Shown here: piece after piece, positions 1 to 11,895 of the stretch | How the letters are laid out: every line of letters starts with the position of its first letter | How positions within the stretch are numbered: position 1 is the stretch's first letter | Source: the human T2T-CHM13v2.0 reference genome, Homo sapiens | Reading direction: 5' to 3' (one strand) | DNA length: 64,000 bases | NCBI RefSeq assembly: GCF_009914755.1 | Contig: NC_060935.1 | Notes under the pieces: generated by a model | Databases searched by the model: none | Told to the model about the DNA's origin: nothing | Seen by the model: the letters and a program-made list of their open reading frames with translations, nothing else | Program-made: the position numbers and the translations under genes

Positions 1-1700
1 AACATAATCTTATACCTAGAAAACACTAAAGACTACACCAAAAACTACTACAACTAATAAACAAATTTAGTAAAGTTGCAAAATACAAAATCAACACAGA
101 AAAGTATTTCTATATACTAACAGTTAACTACCTTAGAATGAAATAAAGAAGACAATCCCATTTGCAATCGTTACCAAAAATTTCTTAGGAATAAATTTAA
201 CCAAAAAAGTGAAAAATTTATATGATAAAATTATAAAACATTGATAAAATAAATTAAAGAGGACACGAATAAAGAGAAAAATATTCATGGATTAGGAGAA
301 TTAATATTGTTAAAATGTACATATAACAAAAAGCAATCTATAGATTTAATATAATCCCTGTGAAAATACCAATGCTATTATTTATAAAAGTAAAAAACAT
401 CCTAAAATTTGTATGGAATCACAAAAGATCCTAAATAGTCAAAGTAATTATCTTGAGCAATAAGAACAAAGCTGGAGGCATCATACTTCCTGATTTCAAA
501 ATATATTACAAAGCTATAATAACCAAGAGAGCATGCTACTGGCATAAAAACAGAAACATAGACAAATGGAGCAGAATAGAGTTCCCAGCAGTAAATTTAC
601 ACATTTACAGTAAACAAATTTTCTATAAAGGTGCCAACGATACACACTGGGAAAAATGACAGTCTCTCTAGTAAATGGTGCTGGGATAACTGGATATCAA
701 CAAGAAGAAAAATAAAACTAGACCTCTATCTATCACTATATACAAAAATCAAATCAAAATCAATTACAAATTTGAATGTAAGAACTGAAGTTATAAAATT
801 ACTGGAAGAAAACAGGACAAACACTTTATAAGATTTGTTGGGGAAATGCTTTTTTTCAGAATAAGACCTCAAAAGCACAGGTAACAACAACAACAATAAC
901 CAAATGGGAATGCATCAAACTGAAAAGCTTATGCAAAAGAAAGGAAACAATCAACAGAGTGAAGATACAACCTATAGAATGGAAGAAAATAGCTACAAAC
1001 TTACAAGAGGCTTATATGTAGAATACACAAAGAACTCAAACAATTCAACATAGTTAAAAAATCTGATTAAAAATGGGCAAAATATCTGAACACACATTTT
1101 TCAAATGAAGGTATACAAATGACCAACAGGTATATGGAAAAATGTTCAACATTACTAATCATCAGAGAAGTGTAAATCAAAACCAGGATGATATTAGCTC
1201 ACGCCAATTAGATTGGATTTTATCAAAAGAATAAAAAACAAGAAATGCTTGTGTGGATGTGGAGAACAGGGAATTTGTACACTATTGTTGAGAATGTAAA
1301 TAAGTACAGCCATCATGGACAACAGTATGGATCTTTCTCAAAAAAAACAAAAATAGAACTACCATATAGTCAAACAATCAATTCAAAGGAAATAAAATCA
1401 GTATGTGAAAGATATCTACAATCCCATGTTTTTGTAGCACTATTCACAAGAGCCAAAGTATGGAATGAACCTAAGTGTCTATCAGAGAATAAATATATTT
1501 TTTAAATTTTGTATATATACACAATTTAATACTATTCCATCATAAAAAATATGAAATTCTGTCATTCACTACCAACCAGATAAGCCTAGAGGGTATTATG
1601 TTAAGTGAAGTAAGCCAAGCATGGAAGAACAAATACTTAATGATCTCACACATTTGTGTTATCTAACAAAGTTGATTTTATAGACTTAGAGAATAGAACA
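1..1700 (+). mobile_element. Old LINE-1 (L1MA4/5-like), 3' part of ORF2 and start of 3'UTR; interrupted at 1700 by a younger L1
   Basis: Degenerate ORF2 peptides (NKAGGIILPDFKIYYKA, KWCWDNWIS). The sequence resumes at 5683 after the TSD. Confidence 0.92.
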
Positions 1701-4700
1701 GGGATGTAGCTCAGCAAGATAGCTGACCAGACACAGCCAGGTAGAACAGCTGCTATGGAGGGACAAGGACAACTGGTGTGTTCCTAACAGATATTCCAAG
1801 AGAAGGCACTGGGAGTAGACGAAGGGAAGACACAGAAGCCGGGCTGAAGGGGAAGGAAGCTGGGAGTCCTTCATGGGGCTACCTCACAGTAGGACTCATT
1901 CTTAGCCCCCAGTGACTCAGAAAAATGAGTATGTTATGCTGGCAAGGAGCAACCTGCTCAATTCAACAAGAAGATGTAACTATCCTAAATATATGTGCAC
2001 CCAACAGAGAAGCACCTAGACTAATAAAGCAAGTTCTTAGAGACCTAATAAGAGATGCTGACTCCCACACAGTATTAGTTGGAGACTTTGACACCCCACT
2101 GACAGTATTAGGCAGATTATCAAGGCAAAAACTTAACAAAGATATCCAGGACCTGAACTCAGCACTGTATCAAATGGACCTGATTGACATCTACAGAACT
2201 CTCCACCTAAAAACAATAGAATATACATTCTTTTTATTGCCATATGGCACATATTTTAAAATCAACCACATAATCAGAGACAAAACACTCCTCAGCAAAT
2301 GCCAAAAAAAGTAAAATCATAACAACCGCTCTCTCTGACCATAGCACAATCAAGTTAGAAATCAAGACTAAGAAATTCACTCAAAAACATGTAATTTTGT
2401 GGAAATTGAATAACCTTCTCCTGAATGACTTCTGGGTAAATAATGGATGAAGGCTGAAATCAATAAGTTTTATGAAACTAATAAGAACAAAGATACAACA
2501 TACCAGAACCTCTGGGACACAGCTAAGACAGTGTTAAGAGGGAAATTTATAGTACCAGATGCTCACATCAAAAAGTTAGAAAATTTTCAATTTAATAATC
2601 TAACATCACAACTAAAAGAACTAGAGAATCAAGAGGAAACTAACTCCAAAGCTAGCAGAGGACAAGAAATAACAAAAATTAGTGATGAACTGAAAAAAAA
2701 TGAGACATAAGAAACCATTTAAAAGATCAACCAATACAGAAGCTAGTATTTTGAAAAATTTCATAAAATAGATGGCTAGCTAGACTAATAAAGAAAAAAT
2801 AGAGAAGATTCAAATAAACAGAATCAGAAACAACATGAGGATGTTACTACCGACCCCACAGAAAAACAACCATCAGAGAATATTATGAATACCTCTCTGC
2901 ACATAAACTAAAAAATCTAGAAGAAATGGATAAATTTCTGGACACATTTACCCTCTCAAAACTGGACCAAGAAGAAACCGAATCTCTAAATAGACCAATA
3001 ATGACTCTGAAATTGAATCAGAAATAGTGACAACAACAACAAAAGGCCAGGATTAGACAGATTCACAGCTGAATTCTACCAGATATACAAAAAAAAGCTC
3101 ATACCATTCCTACTGAAATTATTCCACAAAATGGAGGAGGAAGGACTCCTTTGTATCTCAGTCTATTAGGCCAGCATCATCCTGATACCAAAACCTGGAA
3201 GAGATACAGCAAAAAGAAAAATAAAACACTGGGCCAATATCCTTGAAGAACTTTGATGCAAAAATCCTAGACAGTATATTGGCAAACCAAATTCTGTGGC
3301 ACATCATAAAGCTTATTCACCACTATCAAGTAAGCTTTTTCCCCGGAAGCAAGGTTTGATATATGCAAATCAATAAATGTGATTCATCACATAAACAGAA
3401 CTAAATACAAAAACCACATGATTGTCTCAATAGATGCAGAAAAGGCTTTCAATAAATTTCAACACTCCTTCATGTTAAAAACTTTCAGTCAATTAGGTAT
3501 TGAAGAAACATACGTCAAAATAATAACAGCCAACTATGACAAACACACAGCCAACATCATACTGAATGGCAAAAATCTGGAAGCATTCCCCTTGAAAACT
3601 GGTAAAAAACAAGGATGTCATCTCTCACCACTCCTATTCAACATAGTATTGGAAGTCCTAGCCAGAGCAATCAGGCAAGGGAAAGAAATAAAGAGCATCC
3701 AAACAGGAAGAGAGGAAGTCAAACTAGCCCCGTTTGCAAATGACATGGTTCTGTAGCTAGAAAACCCTATAATTTTGGTCCCAAAGCTCCTTAAGCTGAT
3801 AGACAACTTCATCAAAATTTCAAAGTCTCAAAATTAATGTACAAAAATCATTAGCATTCCCATACACTAACAATAATCAAGTCAAGAGCCAAATCAGGAA
3901 CACAATTCCATTCACGACTGCCACCAAAAGAGTAAAATACCTAGCAATACAGCTAACTAGGGAGCTGAAATATCTCTACAAAGAGAGTTACAAAACACTG
4001 CTCAAAGAAATCAGAGATGACACACACAAAAAATGGGAAAACATTCCCTGTTCATGGATAGGAAGAATCAATATTGCTAAAATGGCCATATTGTCCAAAG
4101 CCATTTATAGATTCAATGCTTTTCTTATCAAACTGCCTTTGAGATTCTTCACAGAACTAAAAAAAAACTATTTTAAAATTCATGTGGAACCAAAAACCAG
4201 CCAAAATAGCAAAGGCAATTCTAAGCAAAAAGAACAAAGCTGGAGGCATCATGCTACCCAACTTCAAACTATACTGCAGGACTACAGTAACCAAAACAGC
4301 ATGGCACTGGTACAAAAACAGACATAGACTAATGGAACAGAACAAAGAGCACAGAAATAAGGCTGCACATCTGCAACCATCTGATATTTGACAAACCTGA
4401 CAAAAACAAGCAATGGGGAAAAGATTCCCTATTTAATAACTGATGCTGGGATAACTGGCTAGCTATATGAAGAAGATTGAAACTGGACTTCATTACACTA
4501 TATACAAAAATCAACTTAAGATGAATTGAAGACTTACATGTAAAACCCCAAACTATAAAAACCCTGGAAGACATCCTAGGCAATACCATTCTGGACATAG
4601 GAATAAGGAAAGTTTTTATGACAAAGATGCCAAAAGCAATCACAACAAAAGCAAAAATTGACAAATGGAATCCAATTAAACTAAAGAGTGTCTGCACAGC

Positions 4701-5669
4701 AAAAGAAACTATCAATGCAGTACACAGACAACCTACAGAATGGGAGAAAATATTTGCTAACTATGTATCTGTCAAAAGTCTAATATCCAGCATCTATAAG
4801 AAACTTAAATTTATGAGAAAAAACAAACAAACAATCCCATTAAAAAGTGGGTAAAGGACCTGAAGACACCTTTCAAAAGAAGATATACATGTGACCAACA
4901 GGCATATGAAATAATGCTCGACACATTGATTATTACAGAAATGCAAATCAAAACCACAATGAAATATCTCATACCAGTCAGAACAGCTATTAAAAAAAAA
5001 AAAAAACAGGTGCTGGCAAGGCTGTGGATACAAAGGAATGCTTATACGCTGTTGTTGGCAGTGTAAATTAGTTTAACCATTGTGGAAAACAGTGTGGTGA
5101 CTCCTCAAAGGCCTAAAAACAGAACTACCATTTGACCCAGCAATCTCATACTGGGTGTATACCCCAAATAATATAAATAGTTTTATCATAAAGACACATG
5201 CATGTGTATGTTTATTGCAGTGCTATTCACAATAGCAAAGACATAGAATCAACCTAAATGCCCATCAATGGTAGACTGGATAAAGGAAATGTGGTACATA
5301 TACACTTTGGAATACTATGCAGCCATAAAAAAGAATGAGATCATGTCCCTTGTAAGACACCGATGGAGCTGCAGGCCATTATCCTTAGCAAACTAATTCA
5401 TGAATAGAAAAACCAAATACTGCATGTTCTCACTTATAATTGGGAGCTAAGTGATGAGAACACATGGACACATAGAGGGCAACAGCAGACAATGGGGCCT
5501 ATCAGAGAGAGGATCTGGGATGAGAGAGAGGATCAGGAAAAATAACTAGTGGGTACAAGGCTTAATAGCTGAGTGACAAAATTGTCTGTACAACAAACCC
5601 CCATGACAGATTTACCTATATAAGAAACCTGCACATATACCCCTGAAATTAAAATAAAAGTTAAAAACA
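1701..5669 (+). mobile_element. L1PA13-16-like LINE-1: about 255 bp of 5'UTR fused to ORF2 (ORF1 absent), then 3'UTR and A-rich tail
   Basis: 13-bp TSD AGAGAATAGAACA at 1688-1700 and 5670-5682, preceded by TT. Fragmented EN, RT and C-terminal ORF2 peptides ([44 protein letters not shown]). Typical 3'UTR end. Confidence 0.93.
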
Positions 5670-5682
5670 AGAGAATAGAACA

Positions 5683-6032
5683 ATGGGTTATCAGAGGCTA
5701 GAGAGGGTAGAAAGGATCAGGGGATTATGGGATGGTGGTCAATTAGTACAAAGTTAGAAGAGTTACATAGGAAAAACAAGTCCAAGTCTTCCATTGCACT
5801 GTAGCATGACTACAGTTAATAATTATTGTATATTTCAAAATAGTAACAGCTAGAAAAGAGGATTCTGGGTTTTCTCCACAAAGAATAAATGTTTGAGGTG
5901 ATGGATATGCTGATTACTCTGATTTGATCATTACACAATGTATACATGTATCAAAACATCACACTGTACCTCATAAATATGTACAATTACTATATCTCAA
6001 TTAAAATATAATAAAACTTAAAAAAAATAAAA
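5683..6032 (+). mobile_element. Remainder of the L1MA 3'UTR with A-rich tail
   Basis: gtttgaggtgatggatatgc...gatcattacacaatgtatacatgtatcaaaacatcac...aataaaa matches the L1MA 3' end. Confidence 0.88.
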
Positions 6033-6693
6033 TTCCCTGGTGTGGGTGGCAAATTATATGGTTGCCCTACTATCATTTCTGCACACATGACTTGTTTGAC
6101 TTCCTCTAGGCCTTTAGCAATGTTGTGGGAGTTCAGGCTGACCTAGAGGCACAGATCTCAAGCTCCAGAAAGCCATTTCCAGCCACTCGCCGTGGGGTAG
6201 GCAGTCTATTGGCCAGGAGAAAATTTTCACATTAGGTTGTGAAAATAATTTTGTTTCAGAAGCAAACAGTTTATTTCAGTACAGAGTAAAGGCTTCTGCG
6301 GAGATTAACCTGCTTCTGAGCCCTGAAACTTATTTCAATTTATTCAATTATTAAAATTTTCTCCTGGCCAATAGACTGCCCATCCCATGGTGAGTGGCTG
6401 GAAACTGCTTTCTGGAGCTTGAGGTCTGTGCCTCTAGGTCAGCCTGAACTCCCACAACATTGCTAAAGGCCGAGAGGAAGTCACACAAGTCATGTCTGCA
6501 GAAATGATAATACGGCAACCATATAATTTGCCACCCACACCAGGAAATTTTAATTTTTTTTAAGTTTTATGAAATTTTAATTGAGATATAATAATAGTAC
6601 ATATTTATGTGGTACAGTGTGATGTTTTGATACATGTATACATTGTGTAATGATCAAATCGGAGTAATTAGCTTATCCATCACCTCAAACATT
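5888..6693. repeat. Long inverted repeat: arms 5888-6227 and 6353-6693, 125-bp spacer
   Basis: Hand alignment gives 21 substitutions and one 1-bp indel over about 340 bp. Confidence 0.98.
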
Positions 6694-6754
6694 AATTTAA
6701 TTCACATTTAATTAATTTAGTTCACAAAAATAGTAACAGATGTTACTATTCTCG

Positions 6755-6758
6755 CTCT

Positions 6759-6800
<42 letters not shown>

Positions 6801-6840
6801 TGTGAAGAGAGGGAAAGAGTCAGAGACAGAGAGAGATAAA
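6755..6840. repeat. (TG)n microsatellite with CT- and GA-rich flanks
   Basis: Directly visible. Confidence 0.95.
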
Positions 6841-8405
6841 AGAAAAATGTTTAAAGCAAACATGTCAAAATGATTAACAATTAATGAAGTATTATTTTTC
6901 AACTTTTTAAAATACTTTCAAAATATAAAACAAAAAGTAAACAACTAAAAATATAATTGGGATAAAATTACTTGTGTTTGGGCAGTGAAGTCAGTGGGTG
7001 CTACCATTTGAAGGCAGAAGGTTAGAAGTTAATGAAACTGCACTTTATGATGACAGCCTAGTAAACCTGTGTGCCCATCACTTCTGTAAAGCGCTGACCC
7101 AAAAAGAGCTGCACAAGGAACACTAACTTTTTAGGAGCTTGCCTGCCCTTTAACACCAACTGGCTGCTAAAGCGTCATGTACGGCCATCTCCACATCTGC
7201 AGGCTAGAACCCAATTCTCCATTTTCTCAACCTGCTCTACCTAACGTATAAAACATTGGAACTCATTTTTATCTAACTCCTCAAAGCCTATTGTACATCA
7301 TCAGGTTAGACTTTCCATTAAGGACGTAATAGCTATAATTATACTTAAGTCTGATATATTTTTCTAAAGTGGAGAATACAGATTCAGGCACTTCCACTAG
7401 AGTTTGAGAAATCTGGGAGGAAATTTAGCTTTCCTGTGCTTTGAGAGTTAAAAGAGTGCTCAAAAGTTGCAAGGCAGTCCTTCACTCTAGGCCTGATTGC
7501 TAGGATAAGAGCCAGGGAGCCATGTGGGAAAACCATTTAAGCTTGGAACCCCAGATGAGTCTGTTCTGGCTCACAAGAAGAAGTAAGGCTGAGTCCTCTT
7601 TTGGCTAGGGATACATGGGAACAAAAAGGTTCAGGATCACCATGGGCCCCACCAGAGGAATGCAGAGGAGAGGGGTGGGACTATGGCAGATGCTAGCTTC
7701 ATGGACTACCGAAAGCATCCTAAAGGAGGCATTGAACTTTATTAGCAAAGACCATTTTGTTTGAAATTCCTCACTCCTTCCTATCTTACTCCATTATGAG
7801 GCAATGGAACACACAGTAATATAGAGCAGGAAACAGCCAACTTATCTAAATGTTAATGACAATAATTACTGGCCTGGAGAAAATCTTTTAGTTCAATTGA
7901 AATATTTCATAAACATCATTGGGAGGATTTGTTGGGGTTAGCGGTTCTCCTAGCAATGAGGGGCCTTTATCAGGACTAGCGTGACTTTCCAGAAGATAAT
8001 TAACACTCAGCTGGGCTGGTGGCGGAGTTGGTAGCATGGGACTGCTAAACTGGGTGGTGAGGGAGAGAAGGAGGGAAGCACTGTGAAGGTCATGATGAAA
8101 AAAAAATCTGAAAAAAAAAAAAAAGAAAAGCAAGGCTATGTAAACTATGAGTATTGTGATGAGTCCAGACTATGTCCTTGACTGTCATTGGCCCATTTCC
8201 CACTTATTGTGCAAGACCTACTCAGCTGAAAAACTGTGAACTTGTTTGAGATGTTTTTATTGATTGTAAAAAGGTGAGAGTAAAAAAGAGAAAACAATGG
8301 GCCCTGTGAGGAGAAAGAAAGATGTACAGCTAGCCATCCTGAGACCAAGAAAGTACCCTGGGATGTAATGTGAGAAGAACCTTTGTAGGAAATCCCTACA
8401 AAAAA

Positions 8406-8590
8406 GATTCTCAGGGTGTGCTCTCTGGACCAGCAGCACCAGTACCACCTGCAAACTTGTCAGAAATGCATAGTCTCAGTCTGGGACTAAGACTTAGTGA
8501 ATCCAGATCTTTGAGAGTAGGGTCCAGCCATTTTTATGCTTAATAAGCCTTCCAGATGATTTTGATGTACTCTAGAGTCTGAGAACCATG
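8406..8590 (+). mobile_element. MER5A (hAT-Charlie MITE)
   Basis: ttctcagggtgtg...ggaccagcagcacc...ttgtcagaaatgca...tgagaaccatg follows the MER5A consensus. Confidence 0.85.
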
Positions 8591-8913
8591 AATTAGACCC
8601 AACTTCTTCTAAGTTCCTATTAGGAGCCAGAGGTGATATCAGGTCCTGAGGTTCAGAGAGATCAAAAGAGAACACTGGGACTAATATAAAAATAGATCTT
8701 GCTCCCAGGAATCTTGCAGGAAGGAGCCAGAGGTACAAGAAAGGATAAGGAAAACATAAAGTAAATGAGTGCTGAACAGAAGGTAATGCGCCTGCTTCAG
8801 AAGAAAAAAGCTGCTCTGGCAGGAGGACAATTCAGAGAAGTTCTTCTCAAGGACATGGTGGTTGATTTAAAGTTAGATCAACCCTAAGCAGAGTTGCAAA
8901 AGGTGAAGGTCAA

Positions 8914-9418
8914 TGTGGCAGAGACTGCTCTTCTGTATATATTTCCTTCTTCTTCCTTGAAAAATTAAAAACCCAAATTAAAAAAAAAAAAAACACCCTC
9001 GTTCACTTTTTTCCTCCCTCAGTAGCAACATATTACAGGAAAAGACTACATTTTATTTCCCAGTCCCCTTACATCTAGGTATAGCCAATAATATGTAAAC
9101 ATGAATGGTTAGGTAAAACATTGGAATGGCTTCTTAAGAGGAAACAGATAATATGTAGGTTATTTCTGCTCTCTCATACTTCTATTTGAAATGTGATTGT
9201 GATGGGTGGAGTTCCATGAGTCATTTTATATCTCTGAGGACAGAAGCTGCTGCTAAGAACTGTGGATCAAAAGGTAGAAAAGTTGGTGTGATGTCAAAAC
9301 AAGTTCTGGACTGTTTATTATCTAAACTTTTTGTTTTCATATGAGATACACTATAAATTTAAGCCATTATAGTTGGATGTCTGTTGCTGCGAGCTAAAGA
9401 TAATTTCTAACACATACA
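8914..9418 (+). mobile_element. Old MaLR LTR (MLT1J/K-like)
   Basis: Starts TGTGGCAGA, contains ctacatt..tcccagtcccctt, ends ...gctaaagataatttctaacacataca. Confidence 0.65.
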
Positions 9419-9654
9419 GTCAGGAAAGTCATTCTGGAATGACAGAACAATGGAGTCAATGCACATAGCTGTGAATGTGCATGGCATATTTGGAGAATGG
9501 TCATGAACTAAGGAGAGCTGGAGAATGAGGGTTGCAGAATAATTCACAGGAAGAAAAAGCAGATTGAGACTCCCGGGACTGGCAGAAGAAGAAAACAGAA
9601 GAAATGATTTATCAGAAAGATGGAGGGTTCTCTGTGTCTTAATGTGTCTTTTCT

Positions 9655-11190
9655 ACAGGTATGTAAACTCAAAGTGAATTTTTCATCCACCAACATCTTC
9701 CTTCCCATGTGTGGCACTCATTCTGTGAGTGGCCCCACCATTCACCCAGTTCCACAATGCAGAAAATAAATGGTACACAAGATCCCTCTCTTGTTCCCCA
9801 AAGCCCATAAGTCACCCGACCTCAACAAGTCATCTCCTTAAAAAAGCTTGCTCATACCTCTCCCCTTTACCCATTTCTGTCATCAGCACCCAATTCCCAT
9901 TTCATCTTCTCTCTTGCACGTGCATCCGCTTTCTCTTTCTCTCTCTCTCCGAAGAAAGTGCAGCAACAGCTTATTTCATCTCCTTGTTTCCAAATTAATG
10001 GTTTCCACTCCATAGCACACACTGTAACCAGGGTGACATTTAAAAAGGTAAAATGATCACACTGGTTCTTTCTTTAAACTCTTCAATTCCAAGGTATTCC
10101 CTGCAGTGATATTCCATAGGATTCAAATAGATGTTGAGAGGAAAAAAATAAATGTTTTCCTGTTTTAGAGACTTTTGAAAAATGTTGGACTTAAACTAAG
10201 TTAAACAGCTTCTTTACTCTTTAGCAGCTTTAATAAGCCAATGTGCAATGTGTACCTCCAAAAAATAAACCAGACATATTTGTCTTTGTAACTGGTTGTA
10301 GAAGAGCACCTTGTGAGAATGGGAAATTGACAACCAACAATGTGAAGATAAAGCTCCTTAGCCTGAAAGTTAGATTGCCACCATCTCACCCCAGCTGGCA
10401 TTGCCAGGCTCCTCCAACCCACCCCTGCCATGTTCCTAATACTGCAGCCACCTGTAGCCATTTCATTGCCTACAAAGCATTCTTGAAAATATCATTGTCC
10501 TTTGATTCAGCTGTCCCTGTTCCTGAAATGTCCTTCCCCAATCTGCACATATTGAAATTCTTCAACTGAAAAACAGCCCCAAAGTCAATTTCTCTTTGAA
10601 GACTTCCTAGATCCATTCCTCACAGCTCAAAGTAGAACTTTTACCTCCCTCCTTTACCCTCAGATTTCTCTGCATATGCTTATCAGATAACTACTACATA
10701 ATAAGAGAGTTAGTCATAGACCAGTATACTTAGTTCTCTTCTATAACTAGACTAAAGCGATCGTGAAGTTGAGGAATTCACAATATCTATCCACCCACGC
10801 ATCCATTCATCCACAATGATGATTAATGTAGTACTCAAAACAAACATTCTGAATTTTGAAAAGTGGTACACATAATAACCTGGAAAACCCTTATTTGTAT
10901 TACAAATCCAATTTAGGATAGACTTGTACAAAGGTTCAGCAGATCTTTAATACTATATCTATTACAAAAATATAAGGCTAAATACTTAAGACAAATAATT
11001 TAAAAAAGTTTTTATGGAATTAAAATACATCATTATCTTTTCTCCAATGTCTCAATCATATTACTCAACTGATTATTTAGCAAGATGCTCCCTCCACATG
11101 TAAGACTTCTTGAGGATAGGGACCATAAGTCATTCGTGTTTCCATCATTAGTGTCCCTCACTGTCTCTGTAACTCGTAGGCACTCATGTG
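9655..11190 (+). mobile_element. Fragmented L2, with other sequence interspersed
   Basis: ccaccattcacccagtt, taaaatgatcacact and terminal tgtaag..cttgaggataggg..gtaggcactca motifs. Confidence 0.6.
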
Positions 11191-11367
11191 ATGTGTTCTC
11201 TGGTCCTCAAACCTTAATTTGTCTTTCCTTTCTAAGCTAGGCTTATAATCCAATACCTTCAGAATCAGTTTTGAGTAGCTACTACACCCAGTACCATCTT
11301 TTACCTATGTTTACATTATACCTTTGCAGTCTGATAAAGAAAAAAGGAAGAGATTGGCAAAGGCTTT

Positions 11368-11715
11368 GCTATGGACTGAATGTTTCTACCACTGCCCCCA
11401 CCCCCACCAAATATATATATGTTGAAATTAATCCTGACTATGATAGTACCTGGTGGTAGGGCTTTGGGGGAGTAATTAGAGTGAGATGATGTTGTGAGGG
11501 TGGAGATCTCATGATGGGATTAATGCCTTTATGAAAAGAGAGATAGGAAGTTGCTTTCTGGGTATGCATGCACCAGGGAAAAGGCATATGAGGGCATAAC
11601 TGGGAAGAGAGCCCTCATCAAGAACCCAATTAGGCAGTCACCTTGACATCAGAATTTCTAATTTTCAGAACCATGAGAAATAAGCCACTCAGTTTGCTTA
11701 TAATGGCTACACACA
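11368..11715 (+). mobile_element. MLT1A/MLT1A0 LTR
   Basis: tgctatggactgaatgtt...atgatgggattaatgccttt...cagaaccatgagaaataa. Confidence 0.8.
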
Positions 11716-11723
11716 TCGAAGTC

Positions 11724-11875
11724 TGTTTTAGTCAGTTTGGGCTAATGTAACAAATTACCATATGGTAATGGTAAGGAACCATTGCCTCCATGACTTAAAT
11801 CAGCGCTCCTACCCCCTACATCCAACATTGGGGATTACATTTCAACATCAGATTTACAGGGGACAAATATCCATC
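11724..11875 (-). mobile_element. Internally deleted MST-type MaLR LTR
   Basis: tgttttagtcagtttgggct start; cattggggattacatttcaacat..gattt..ggggacaaatatcca end. Confidence 0.65.
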
Positions 11876-11895
11876 ATCATGCCACTCACACATGC

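Noticed and set aside
1925-4854. ORFs resembling endonuclease/reverse transcriptase as a functional gene
   Set aside because: They are frameshifted, stop-interrupted L1 ORF2 fragments with no ORF1, so the element cannot retrotranspose.
5888-6693. Palindrome read as a MITE/DNA transposon or a miRNA precursor
   Set aside because: The arms begin mid-L1 3'UTR with no TIR family or TSD, and the stem is far longer than a pre-miRNA. A local inverted duplication explains it better.
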